Shown: positions 29,567-40,221, counted from the stretch's first letter. The stretch: DNA of 64,000 bases from a virus (IMGVR_UViG_3300046167_000798); one strand, 5' to 3'. Notes: generated by a model from the letters alone, not told the origin. Made by a program: numbers and translations.

Positions 29567-31034
29567 CTATTGTGAATTATTAGGATTATATACACCATCT
29601 TCAAAGTGTGTAATTTCACCTGATTTCATTGGTACATCGGGTATTGTTTGGTCAACATCTATTCCTTGATACCAAACTGCTAGTTCTGGAAATGTTTTAC
29701 AAAAATCCTTACCTCTTCGTTTATCATATTGTTCATAGAATGATTTGAAATCATGAAAGTGAGTATCGTTCTCATCTTCAGTAGTAACATGACCTGTTTT
29801 AACTACTTCTATATAATCTACCAATCTTTCTATTTGTGCAATTTCACCCTCACTAAATAATTCGTAAAAATCTTTATCTTGTTTTCTTGTTTCAAACCAC
29901 TTTGATAGTTTTTTGTGTAAAAATACTTTTACATCAGTTGGTAAAGATAATGGAGACATAAATGCAGGCCATCTTAAGATATTAAAATCAACATTAGGTC
30001 TATTTGGTCCATATTTTCTTTTTAACACAATCATATCATCTAAGAATTCATCTATTGAGAATAAACATAGTGAGTTAATTGTCATCATTACTGTTAAAGA
30101 ACGAAATATATCTTTATTTACCCCTTCAAGAAACGCAACCATATGACTTCTCCATTCAGGATAAATCAACCCATCTCTAATATAATCAGCATGAGGCCCA
30201 TAAGCTTCATTTGAAGTATATAAATCAAATTCTTTAATTGGTAATTCATAAGAAGCATCAATTAATCTTTGGATTCTTTTAAAGTTACCACCTAAGTTAG
30301 AATTTACAGCCAATCTAAGTTTATCAGAAGGATATCCTTTCATTTTATCTAAGAAACTCCAAAAGTTTGGAGATGCACAAGGTTCACCACCTGTAATTCT
30401 TATTTCTTCCAATCCTCCTTCAATCAAATCAGGCCACCACTTTAGAAATGCCTCTACATAAGGATTTTGTTCGAGGTATTTACCATTTGCATCCGCCCAT
30501 GAACCATTGTTTTGATATGCACCAGCTGATACTGATTTAAACTTTTGATAAGGTCCGAACTTATCAATATCTTTACCCCAAGTAGTGGAGTATCCAGCAT
30601 TACAATAAGAACACGCAAAATTACAAACTCTATCAAATGAAGCTTCTATTGTTTTTGGAATAATATCAACATCTGCTCCTAGTTCTTTAATCTTTGCAAT
30701 ATCTTCTTCTTTATAGATTTTAGATTTGTAAACCCTATCACCAATATTATCTCTACCAATATCTTCAATCTTCCAACAATAAGAACATTCAGCAGGTCGT
30801 GTTCCTTCCAACATCATTTTTCTCTGTCTTTTAGAGAAGTCTGTATTATGTAGTTCTTGTGGTCTATCTTTTAACTTTTCTGCATCGATTGGATGTGGTA
30901 AAGGTAAATGACATGAGTTCTTAAAACCCATGACCTAAGTGTAACGATACATTGTACCATTTAGCTGCACAAAAACTTGGTGATATACTGTTGAGATTTT
31001 TATCTCTCCATTTTCTTAAATTATCTGTTGACAT
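29567..31034 (-). CDS. Radical SAM protein with N-terminal twitch/SPASM-like Cys cluster, paralogue 1; +1 indel at 30927-30929
   Basis: True start ATG 31034 (MSTDNLRKW..FCAAKWYNVSLHLGH) joins GFKNSCH after deleting one base; CSYCW, CNFACSYC, ITGGEP. Confidence 0.85.
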
Positions 31035-31050
31035 ATATTATTGTATAAAT

Positions 31051-31782
31051 TCAGTTGGTGTCTTTTCTAAAAAATATGTATTTTCCTGAATTATCGAAAA
31101 TTATATCTTTATTGTTCTTATCTAATGTATAATTAAATATTATATTTTTATATTCCGGTAACTTGTTTAAATCAGTTACTTCTGTATTTTTTATTTTTTT
31201 AATAGTTTCGATATCTATGATATCTTCTACAAAGAATAATGAATTTAAATGATACGAGCCATGATATCTATGTTCGGGTACTTGTGTACCTGGATTTCCA
31301 CTTCCTATCAATAACCCCTCTTCTCTATAATCATCTATTAGATTTTTATCAAAATCTTTATCACTATTTCTTTCCCAATTAAAATAACAAATGAATTCAT
31401 CATCATTTCTTACTATGGTTACATTATTATATTCCTTTAATTGCTCATAGTTTATATTATAAAAAGGAACATAATGAAATTCATCACCAGCTACTTTTGT
31501 AGTTGCTTCTGACCAGAATTCTAAAGCAAGTGCATCTGCTTCTGTATTATAGGTTAACCCAAAGTTCTTTCCTGGCTTACCAAAGATACAAAAAATTTTA
31601 TCACTTTCCAAATTTTTATCCAATTTAAATTCAATATTTATTGCATATTGTTTTTGATGGAATAAATTTTTTATTTTTTCTGATTCTATTTTATTAAATT
31701 CAGTTACATATTGGTCATCTTTATGGTCAGATAAATCCCACTCATATTTAACCCAATATGGTTCTTTATAGTTTATAATCAT
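31051..31782 (-). CDS. Stand-alone LamG/concanavalin-like domain protein
   Basis: CIFGKPGKNFGLTY aligns with PILRRPGYDYGLSY and PIVSIPGYNIGLFY of the GT7 inserts. A possible +1 indel near 31081 would move the stop to 31038. Confidence 0.55.
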   Translation of the reverse strand: MIINYKEPYWVKYEWDLSDHKDDQYVTEFNKIESEKIKNLFHQKQYAINIEFKLDKNLESDKIFCIFGKPGKNFGLTYNTEADALALEFWSEATTKVAGDEFHYVPFYNINYEQLKEYNNVTIVRNDDEFICYFNWERNSDKDFDKNLIDDYREEGLLIGSGNPGTQVPEHRYHGSYHLNSLFFVEDIIDIETIKKIKNTEVTDLNKLPEYKNIIFNYTLDKNNKDIIFDNSGKYIFFRKDTN

Positions 31783-33199
31783 TTTAATTCATTTATAAAT
31801 TTTCTTAATTCAGGAAATGTTTCATAACAATCCAAATCTCTTCTTTTTTTGTAATCACTAATATAGTGTTTAAATTTTTTCTTTCCTATATCAAATGTAA
31901 TATCTGATTTATTATCTTCTATGAACATATCCTTTATTCTTGATATCTTTTCAATTTCTTTTAATGAAAATCCAGTATCACCTATTTCTTGCATATCATA
32001 TGAATTTAAACTTCTATACGTTGAAAAAAACTTCATATACTTTTCTATCTTTCTCAAAGTATGAAATATCTAAATATCCTTTCAACAATCTAAAACTTAA
32101 AAAATCAGGATATCTTAAGTAAGAAGTATCAAGTATTATTGGAGAATTCCAATATCTTTCAGTATTGAAAGTGTTTTAGTTTGTGTTGATAAATTTTTCT
32201 AACTAATTTTTCATAGTTGAATGGAGAAAATATATTGAAAGTTGACATTACAACAATAGTAACCTTTGGTAACTTTTCTAGTATCTTATCTATATTATCA
32301 AATAGTTGTTTAAAATCTAAACCTGTTCTGATAAACTCTGCTTGTTCTCCATATGTATCAACTGAAGTATATATAATAAATTCTTTTACTCTTTTTTCAT
32401 TGATTATTACAGATGCCTTTTCAATCAATCTATCTATTAGTTTATCATCAACACAAAGATTACTATTAATAGAAAGTTTTAATTTTTTATTTGGTGTTTC
32501 GGTTTCTATTATTTTATCTAACACTTTAAACGTATCTTTTGATAAAAGAGGTTCACCACCTGTAATTCTAAAAGTATCCATACTCTTATATAATTCAGGC
32601 CACCATTTCCAAAATGCCTCCACATAAGGATTGTGGTCTTTTTGAAGAATCGGCACCATATCTTCTTTTTTTAGTTGTTCTAATGAATTAAATCCATCAC
32701 CAGTAGAAAACTCTCCATGTTTTTTCATCTCCTCTACCCACTTAGAAGAATATGATGGGCCACAATACCCACATTTAAAATTACAAGTATTAGAAAATGA
32801 TGCCTCTACATACTTAGGTAAATAATCAGCTTTCCAATCTATATTTTTAATTTCTTTAAAATACGGTTTTGACCAATCTTCCTCTGATTTAAAAACTCTA
32901 TCAGAATATGAATTAGAATTATCTTCTACTTTCCAACAATAACCACATTCTTTTGGTCTTTTGTTTTCCAACATTTCTTTTCTAGCTTTTTTCTTTTGAG
33001 AACTATTATGAAGAGCTGTTGGATTTCTTTGTAATTCTCTTAATCCTATTTTATGAGGTGCAGGATGATGACAAGAATGAGTAGAACCATCATGTAAGTG
33101 CATTGTAACTTGTGTCCATTTTGCTAAACAAAATCCACAACCAACCGAATCTAAATTCTTTTTAGTTTCTTCAAAGTTATTTCCGATAACTTTACTCAT
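31779..33199 (-). CDS. Radical SAM protein with N-terminal twitch/SPASM-like Cys cluster, paralogue 2; +1 indels near 32169 and 32051
   Basis: FCLAKW..SCHH..CGYCW, CNFKCGYC, ITGGEPLL. Repair gives ..KHFNTERYWNSPIILDTSYLRYP..YFEKIEKYM..TFPEL, matching the C-terminus of paralogue 1. Confidence 0.85.
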
Positions 33200-33900
33200 T
33201 TTTTAATATTTTTTATTAACAGTTCAGACCACAATTTATGACCATCTGATAACCAATGGTTACCTTTACTTTGTGATACTTTATTTTCAAATAAATAATC
33301 AACCATATTTTCATCTATACAATTATTTGTATATTTTTTTATTGAATAACTATTATTAAATGTATCTGATATAAAATATGAAATATTTAAGTTTTCTAAA
33401 AGTAAAACTATATATTCAATTAATCTTTCATTCTTATAAACAAGTTCATAATCGTTTAAGAAAAAATCTCTACAAATTGAATGCCATTCTTTAAATTTTT
33501 CAATAGATGTACTTTTAAAATTTTTAGTAAAAAAATAATCTCCATGTGCATCATAACTTGTATAATTTATGTTGATAAGATTATCTTTAAAGGAATGTAG
33601 TTTCCTAGATTCACCAGATAAATTTATTAGTACAAATTTTGGATAATTATCAGTATTTTTTATATAATCAATGATATCATAAATAATCTTTTCATTTGAG
33701 TTTCCTTCACATCCAATATTTACATAATCTAAATTTAAATGTTTAGATATTAAATATGGAAATGTTTTATCATATCTATATTCATATATGGATTTTTCAA
33801 CTTTAGGATTATGTCCATCTTTATATAAATCTAATCCTATTTCTTCTTCAATTTCCCATCCTATTGAATGTGAACATCCTGATGATAACAAGTAACTCAT
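33196..33900 (-). CDS. SGNH-like protein (GCS variant)
   Basis: SSGCSHSIGW, GNSNE, GNHW; same layout as the other two SGNH-like ORFs. Confidence 0.5.
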   Translation of the reverse strand: MSYLLSSGCSHSIGWEIEEEIGLDLYKDGHNPKVEKSIYEYRYDKTFPYLISKHLNLDYVNIGCEGNSNEKIIYDIIDYIKNTDNYPKFVLINLSGESRKLHSFKDNLININYTSYDAHGDYFFTKNFKSTSIEKFKEWHSICRDFFLNDYELVYKNERLIEYIVLLLENLNISYFISDTFNNSYSIKKYTNNCIDENMVDYLFENKVSQSKGNHWLSDGHKLWSELLIKNIKK

Positions 33901-35345
33901 AACTTAATATTTATGAATTTTGCCTTAGGTGTAATTTCTTCTATACTAACTAATTCATAATTAAGTGAGTTCATTCCATCAGATTTATAATCCCAAGTAC
34001 CACCTTGCATTTCCTTTACAAATCTTCTTTCATTTCTTGCAGTAGTTTCTCCTTTTGCCCAAACATCTTTACCATGTTCATTTTTTACCAATCCTTCATC
34101 TTTATGGTCTAAACAATACATTCTACCCTCTACTCTATGTGGTACAACTGTGTATGGTATTTTAATATCATCTTTATTAAATTCACAATTAAAATTTATC
34201 CCATCGTTATCATTGTCGGATTTATCCACCACTAAACCATCTTCAAAATCATAATGAAGGGATAACCCATCATCTGAATAATCTTCATGTAAAGTACTAA
34301 CCTCATCTGCAGTTAATGCTCTATTCCACATTTTTAAATCTGCAATATCTCCTTTAAACCATTTAGATGGGTCATTATCTGAAACTGATGTTGTTGTTCC
34401 TAAATAATAATCAGTATTACCATATCTTTTTAACATACCTTCAAATTCAAGAGGTGAATGTGTACCAGTTCCCCATCGTGCATCTGATTCTTTTCCATTC
34501 ATATACAAGTGAATATTATTTTCATCAACTACTAAAGTAATCCAACTCCATTGGTTTTCATATCGCTTCATCCATGAATATAAATGTTTTCGTGAATTAT
34601 TCCATAGTTGAGATGTATATGCTCTTGAATTATTATAACTCAATCCATAATCATATCCTGGTCTACGAAGTATTGGATATTCACAAAATCTCCTATCCAT
34701 ATCACCAACTAACCAAACAGGTACTTTTTCTTCTTGTTGGTGTGCTCTAACTAATACTGAAATTGTATGTGAACGAGATGTTAAATTTCTAAGTTTTCGT
34801 GTACAAGGAATTTGTACATATGAATTTTTACCATTAAATGAAATGTAGTTTTGTGTATTATTTTTAAAATCTAAATGGGTTTGATTGGCATATCCTTCCA
34901 AATTACATCTCCAAAATAAATCATCATCTTCCATACCCCAATCCCAATAATCATTACTGTATCCATTGGTTTTCTCAACTTGTTCTTTTGAAAATACAAT
35001 TGCTCCTCCAAAATATTCTTCATATTTTAGTTGGTAGTTCATTTGTGAAATATTAGTTGCAATATGTCTTGGGTTTTCTTTTGGAAAACTATAATCTGCC
35101 CCACCACCTTCTTCAGGTATCATATCGATATCATGCCAAACAACATAATCACATCCATCTTCAAATGCATACTTTGCCGCAATGTTTTTTGTTGCTCCTC
35201 TGTTAAATAGTTTATCATCAACTTGATGTCCAAAATAGATATGATAATCTATACCCTGTCCATCAAGATATTTACCAATCTTTGGTATAAACTCTTTTAA
35301 GTGAGCTTCTCTATTTCTATATGGAACACAAACTCCTAACTTCAT
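33897..35345 (-). CDS. GT7 galactosyltransferase-like enzyme with inserted LamG domain, paralogue 1
   Basis: VPYRNR, FNRG, HDIDM (DxD), YFGG, WGMEDDD; ~240-aa LamG-like insert (ISFNG..WITLV..IHLYMNG..KGDIADLKMWNRAL); then GRMYCLDH..DGMNSLNY. Confidence 0.85.
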   Translation of the reverse strand: MKLGVCVPYRNREAHLKEFIPKIGKYLDGQGIDYHIYFGHQVDDKLFNRGATKNIAAKYAFEDGCDYVVWHDIDMIPEEGGGADYSFPKENPRHIATNISQMNYQLKYEEYFGGAIVFSKEQVEKTNGYSNDYWDWGMEDDDLFWRCNLEGYANQTHLDFKNNTQNYISFNGKNSYVQIPCTRKLRNLTSRSHTISVLVRAHQQEEKVPVWLVGDMDRRFCEYPILRRPGYDYGLSYNNSRAYTSQLWNNSRKHLYSWMKRYENQWSWITLVVDENNIHLYMNGKESDARWGTGTHSPLEFEGMLKRYGNTDYYLGTTTSVSDNDPSKWFKGDIADLKMWNRALTADEVSTLHEDYSDDGLSLHYDFEDGLVVDKSDNDNDGINFNCEFNKDDIKIPYTVVPHRVEGRMYCLDHKDEGLVKNEHGKDVWAKGETTARNERRFVKEMQGGTWDYKSDGMNSLNYELVSIEEITPKAKFINIKL

Positions 35346-35752
35346 AGTGTATCTGCAATTAGTTTTTTAAATTTGGTTGTACTCCAACCATGGTCTCTGT
35401 TTAAATAATGAATTGGTATATCTAATTCGAAACCTGTATATGTTTTACCTCGATAATCATCTCCTAAGAATCTGATATCTGGTGATAATCTTTTTAATAA
35501 ATCTACCAATTCTTTTTCATAAGTATAATATGCAATTCCATTTATAAATCTGATTGATGTTAGGATTTCTGTTCTTTCTTCTTTAGTAAGAATTGGTTTC
35601 AGTTTATGTGGTCTTTCTATTGATGGGTCTGTATGTAATAAAACTATAAATTGTTTACAATATGATTTACATTCTTTAAACATTTTTATATAACCTGGAT
35701 GTATTACATCAAAGTTTCCAGCAATTACTCCTACATCGTATAATGGCTTCAT
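35342..35752 (-). CDS. Cytidylyltransferase-like (TagD/HldE domain II)
   Basis: AGNFDVIHPGY, LGDDY, HGWSTT. Confidence 0.85.
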   Translation of the reverse strand: MKPLYDVGVIAGNFDVIHPGYIKMFKECKSYCKQFIVLLHTDPSIERPHKLKPILTKEERTEILTSIRFINGIAYYTYEKELVDLLKRLSPDIRFLGDDYRGKTYTGFELDIPIHYLNRDHGWSTTKFKKLIADTL

Positions 35753-37200
35753 ATCTCTATCGATAGTTTAGTTACTAGTTCGTTTACATCTATACTAATT
35801 TCTTCATATCTTAAAGTATTTAATCCTTCTATTCTAAAATCATCTATATCATTTCTAACTTCATTATAATACTTTATTTGGTTTTTTCTAGTTTCTTTAT
35901 GTATCCATTTATTACCAGTAGAAGAGTTAGTTTTATGTTTCAATGATTTAAAACGAGAATTTCTACGATATGGCTTTGGTAGAAATGTTTTAAACGATTC
36001 ATTTGTTTTATATAAATATATATTGTTTAAATAAACATCATATTTTCCACCCAAATCAATTGAAGTAGTTGATGATGAGGTCTGTGGTAAAATCTGAGTA
36101 TATAAAAATTCACTTGATTTGAAATTACCAAAGTTTCTAAGTTTTGGTTTTGTTGGATTTTTTGATATTTCAATTATCTCATCATCAGTAAGAGCAATAT
36201 CGTATATCTCGATACCAGATATTAATCCATAAAAGAAATCTTTATTTGTTGGTTTACCATTTCCAATTCCAACATATATTTCATCAGATGATAATTGTAA
36301 TATTTCATTATTCATTTTTTCAATACCAACCAATTCACCATTCATGTAAAATTTTAATGTATCTGAGTTTTCATAAACCATTGTTAGATGTACCCATCTT
36401 TCACCAACAACTTCAGTTGCAACAGAATATGGTTTTTTATCTGAATCATAAGCCTGACAGAAGAATCTACGAAAGGAATTGTAAAATAATCCAATGTTGT
36501 ATCCTGGTATAGATACTATTGGAAATTCATCATAATCTTTATTTTCACTTAAACTTATATCACTTGGTTTTACCATTACTGATATTGTAAACTCATCTTC
36601 AAGTAAATGTAATTTTTTATTTGATGAAAATTTTATAAAAGAATCGTTTCCATCAAATTTAAAAGATTCAATTTCTCTAATATTTTCATCTCCCAATGAT
36701 TCACTATCTAATTCCAAATTAGATTCAATACATCTTATTAATAAATCATCATCTTCAAATCCCCACCCCCAATATTCATTAGAGAACCCATTGATGGTTT
36801 TAAAATCTTCTTTAGTAAACATAGTTACTCCACCAAAGTAATCAAAAAATGTTGTTTCGTAATCGTGTTCTTGTAAGTGTGTTGCTAAATGTAGAGGTTT
36901 ATCTGAATAAGAATAATCTACATCTTCAGGTAACATATCAACATCATGAAATACAAAATAATCGCACCCTTTATCTAAGGCATACTTATATCCTGCATTC
37001 AGAAGCTTACCTCTGTTAAAAGGTTTATCATCTGCCTGTTCAATGATGAAGATTTCGTAATCAATATCCTTAATATAATCTTTCATATGAGATAAGAACC
37101 TTTTCAGTTGAGTTTCTCTATCTCTATATGGAACTATTATACCAAGTTTATGATTTACTTTCTTCTCCTTGAGTTTCTGTATTCTCTTGGATTCTTTCAC
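35749..37200 (-). CDS. GT7 galactosyltransferase-like enzyme with inserted LamG domain, paralogue 2 (start uncertain)
   Basis: VPYRDR, FNRGKLLN, HDVDM, YFGG, WGFEDDD; LamG insert (FKFDG..WVHLTMV..FYMNG); EGLNTLRY. Confidence 0.85.
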   Translation of the reverse strand: MKESKRIQKLKEKKVNHKLGIIVPYRDRETQLKRFLSHMKDYIKDIDYEIFIIEQADDKPFNRGKLLNAGYKYALDKGCDYFVFHDVDMLPEDVDYSYSDKPLHLATHLQEHDYETTFFDYFGGVTMFTKEDFKTINGFSNEYWGWGFEDDDLLIRCIESNLELDSESLGDENIREIESFKFDGNDSFIKFSSNKKLHLLEDEFTISVMVKPSDISLSENKDYDEFPIVSIPGYNIGLFYNSFRRFFCQAYDSDKKPYSVATEVVGERWVHLTMVYENSDTLKFYMNGELVGIEKMNNEILQLSSDEIYVGIGNGKPTNKDFFYGLISGIEIYDIALTDDEIIEISKNPTKPKLRNFGNFKSSEFLYTQILPQTSSSTTSIDLGGKYDVYLNNIYLYKTNESFKTFLPKPYRRNSRFKSLKHKTNSSTGNKWIHKETRKNQIKYYNEVRNDIDDFRIEGLNTLRYEEISIDVNELVTKLSIEI

Positions 37201-37414
37201 TACCTCTTTCTGGTCTGTTTGTTGTTCCTACTGTTTTAGCTTTTGCAATCTGATAGAATTCGTTCAAATACCATTCCAAACGTTCCTGCCACATATCTGC
37301 ATCTAGTTCATAAACCCAATCGTTTATATCACCAATTGAACCAGCTATTGATTCAAGAGCTTTAACCCCTCTTTCTTCGAGTGATTTATTGTTCGTTGTC
37401 TCTTTCTTTGCCAT
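37148..37414 (-). CDS. Hypothetical protein (88 aa)
   Basis: Open frame with normal codon use; no motif recognised. Confidence 0.65.
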   Translation of the reverse strand: MAKKETTNNKSLEERGVKALESIAGSIGDINDWVYELDADMWQERLEWYLNEFYQIAKAKTVGTTNRPERGSERIQENTETQGEESKS

Positions 37415-37943
37415 AATTGTAATTTAGTTTTTTGTTGTAAATTAATTCTTGTTTTAGTTTATCAAATATAAAACCTTCTAATCCTTCTTTATCAATAGGG
37501 AATGAAGTTTCTTCTATCCAATCTTTTAATCTTTCGGGTTCCCATTTTAAGTTTTCTAACTCATCATCTATTTTTTGAGGCTCCCATTGTTTAGTATCTA
37601 TTTCTGCATTTATTTCTTGTAATCTATATTCTATTTTTTCTTTTTCTACTTTTAAATCATCTAAACGAAATTTTATATCATCTCGTTTTACAGTTTTCAT
37701 TTTAATATCTTCATTGATATCATCAATAGTAGTTTGTTTATCATGCCATCTTGCAAAATATTTTCCTATATTTGCAGTTTTTGAGTTCCTATTTCTTAAG
37801 AATAGTGTTTCAACTATTAATATAATTTTTAAAAAAATTGATTTATCTTGTTGACCTGGTTCTGTTAAATCTTTTAACTGAGTATCGATATCTTCAAGAT
37901 GTCTTACAACCTTTTCGTTATGTAACAATTCTAATAAGTTCAT
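37386..37943 (-). CDS. Hypothetical coiled-coil protein (start uncertain)
   Basis: Heptad-like K/E-rich C-terminal half with a WEP..WEP repeat. Confidence 0.6.
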   Translation of the reverse strand: MNLLELLHNEKVVRHLEDIDTQLKDLTEPGQQDKSIFLKIILIVETLFLRNRNSKTANIGKYFARWHDKQTTIDDINEDIKMKTVKRDDIKFRLDDLKVEKEKIEYRLQEINAEIDTKQWEPQKIDDELENLKWEPERLKDWIEETSFPIDKEGLEGFIFDKLKQELIYNKKLNYNYGKERDNEQ

Positions 37944-39378
37944 AATTTTTTTTATTTTGTATATCTAATATACTGTATTTTAAAGTATTTAATCCTATTT
38001 GTTTATAATCTAAACTATTAGTAACAACATCGTGAAAAAAAATATCCGCATTTTCAGTTATATCAGGATTATAATCATAGTATTTTTTTATAATGTTACT
38101 ATCACCCTTATGTACCAATGATTTATATTCCGAATCTAATCGTATTGGTAAATATATTTCATTTGGAGTATATGTTATAGTATTATTTGATAACTTACCA
38201 TATATTTTTAAATGATTTTTAAATTTTCCAGAATCAAGTATAAGTGTATTTTTATATGTAGAATTATAATTTAAATTTATAGATGGAATAATTCCATATT
38301 TTGATTCAATATCATCTAATGATGAATTTCCTTTGTTATATAAAAGAGTAATGATATCTGAAGAAATACATAAATCAAAAGAAAGTATATTTGAAATAGA
38401 AAGAGATGTTTTATCATCTGATATTTTTATACAATGTTTTCTGTAATCATATATTTCAAAATCTTCTTTTAATTTTATTTCTTTGGTTTTGTTATTTATT
38501 GATAATCTTAAAGTTTTATCAGTAGCATCATATGAGTAAACACAATGATTCCATCTATTTCTTGAATACGATAATATAACCTCATTGTGATTATTATTAA
38601 TATCCCAAATCTGTGCAATTAGTTCGTTTCCATTACTAAGAAACAATCCACTATCACATCCTTCAAAAACAAATAAGTTCTTTTTCGGTTGTCTATTTGT
38701 ATCATCATTAAACCAAAAAGATATACTAAATGAATCTGTTAGCATTTTTTGTGATAAGCTGTTTAATGTTCCATAAATATAATCAGATTTTCCAAATTTA
38801 TTACAATGTATTTGTTGAATTCTTTTTTCTGCAGATGGAGATACTTTTTCTATCCTATATGGAAGAATATCTAATTCATCATAATTAGAGTAAACATTAT
38901 TTAAATCATAGAATTTTTCTAAATAAGCACCACTTCTTTGTAATCTATAAAGTAAATCTAAATCTTCAAAACCATAACCCCAATATTCATTTGAGTATCC
39001 ATTAGCATTTTCAAAATCTTCTCTACTGATAACGATAACTCCTCCAAAGTATTGTGGATAAGGTAATTCACCTCCATGTGCTTCTACATTACTTGCTAAA
39101 TGTGTTGGTGATTCAGGATAACCATAATCACACTCATCATTCATTGGCAACATATCTACATCATGAAAAGCAAAGTAAGTATATTCTTCTCCAACTTCTT
39201 TAGTAACTACATTACATAGTTTACCATAGTTAAAGGGTCTATTATCTGTTTGTTCTGCGATAAAAATAGTGTAATCGATTCCCTTATCTTTGAGGAATTC
39301 GTACATATGAGGAACAAATACATCTAAGTGTTCTTGTCTATCTCTATATGGAACTATTATTGCTAACTTATCTTTCAT
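37918..39378 (-). CDS. GT7 galactosyltransferase-like enzyme with inserted LamG domain, paralogue 3
   Basis: VPYRDR, FNYGKLCN, HDVDM, YFGG, WGYGFEDLD; LamG insert (FSISFWF..WNHCVYSYD); GLNTLKY. Confidence 0.85.
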   Translation of the reverse strand: MKDKLAIIVPYRDRQEHLDVFVPHMYEFLKDKGIDYTIFIAEQTDNRPFNYGKLCNVVTKEVGEEYTYFAFHDVDMLPMNDECDYGYPESPTHLASNVEAHGGELPYPQYFGGVIVISREDFENANGYSNEYWGYGFEDLDLLYRLQRSGAYLEKFYDLNNVYSNYDELDILPYRIEKVSPSAEKRIQQIHCNKFGKSDYIYGTLNSLSQKMLTDSFSISFWFNDDTNRQPKKNLFVFEGCDSGLFLSNGNELIAQIWDINNNHNEVILSYSRNRWNHCVYSYDATDKTLRLSINNKTKEIKLKEDFEIYDYRKHCIKISDDKTSLSISNILSFDLCISSDIITLLYNKGNSSLDDIESKYGIIPSINLNYNSTYKNTLILDSGKFKNHLKIYGKLSNNTITYTPNEIYLPIRLDSEYKSLVHKGDSNIIKKYYDYNPDITENADIFFHDVVTNSLDYKQIGLNTLKYSILDIQNKKNYELIRIVT

Positions 39379-40221
39379 TTAGATTTTTACTATAACATTT
39401 GAAAGTTCATTCCACTTTGTATAATCAAAGTAAGAATTATCTTCCATTTTTTCAAACATAAATTCAGGATTATTTATATCGATTTTCCAATCGTTTACCT
39501 GAATTCCTCTGTACATTTTTTTGTATTCCTTCCAAAAGGAATAATCTTTTTTTGTTTCAGATACTTCTTTTAATCTTTCAAGAACTGTCGAATCCCACTT
39601 GAAGTGATGAACTTGGATAAATCCTTTTTCAAGTGGATATCTTTTAGGATGATTCCATCCTCGTTCTCTCCAAGTATCCGTATCACCAATCACAGCAAAG
39701 TGTTGACCAGGTGTTACATCCACAGAACCTTTCATTACACAACATTTGTTTGGCATCGCTCCACTCATAGGATATCTAAAAAATCCTGCAAGTGGAAACG
39801 ATTTCCAAATATTAGTTTCTTTTGTTACCAAAGGAAACTCTCCATCCTCTCCTATCCTATCGAGGAATCCTCCTGTGATGAACTCCCATCCATTCTTATC
39901 ACAATCTGAAATCATCTCTCTAATATCAGCTGGATAAACATGAAGTTCATCATCGTCCGAAACCACCCACCATTCATCGGGTTTAGTTTGCTTTACTTCA
40001 TTATATAATTGAGTAACTCGTTCCCAATTAAATTTTTCTTCTGTTACTATCTTGTGGGGTTTAATACCAAGATTAATTACATCTTCTAAAATACCATCTA
40101 AGGTATGTTGTCTGTAAACTACTACATAAATTTCATCTACAATATCTTTGTAGTGATTTATCATATGTGGTAGAAGTGTAGTGTTGTGTCCAACAACTGT
40201 AACCAAATTTACTTTTTGCAT
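39379..40221 (-). CDS. GT2-like (GT-A) glycosyltransferase
   Basis: LLPHMINHY, WWVVSDDDE (DxD), KCCVMK..GQH, HHFKW. Confidence 0.65.
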   Translation of the reverse strand: MQKVNLVTVVGHNTTLLPHMINHYKDIVDEIYVVVYRQHTLDGILEDVINLGIKPHKIVTEEKFNWERVTQLYNEVKQTKPDEWWVVSDDDELHVYPADIREMISDCDKNGWEFITGGFLDRIGEDGEFPLVTKETNIWKSFPLAGFFRYPMSGAMPNKCCVMKGSVDVTPGQHFAVIGDTDTWRERGWNHPKRYPLEKGFIQVHHFKWDSTVLERLKEVSETKKDYSFWKEYKKMYRGIQVNDWKIDINNPEFMFEKMEDNSYFDYTKWNELSNVIVKI

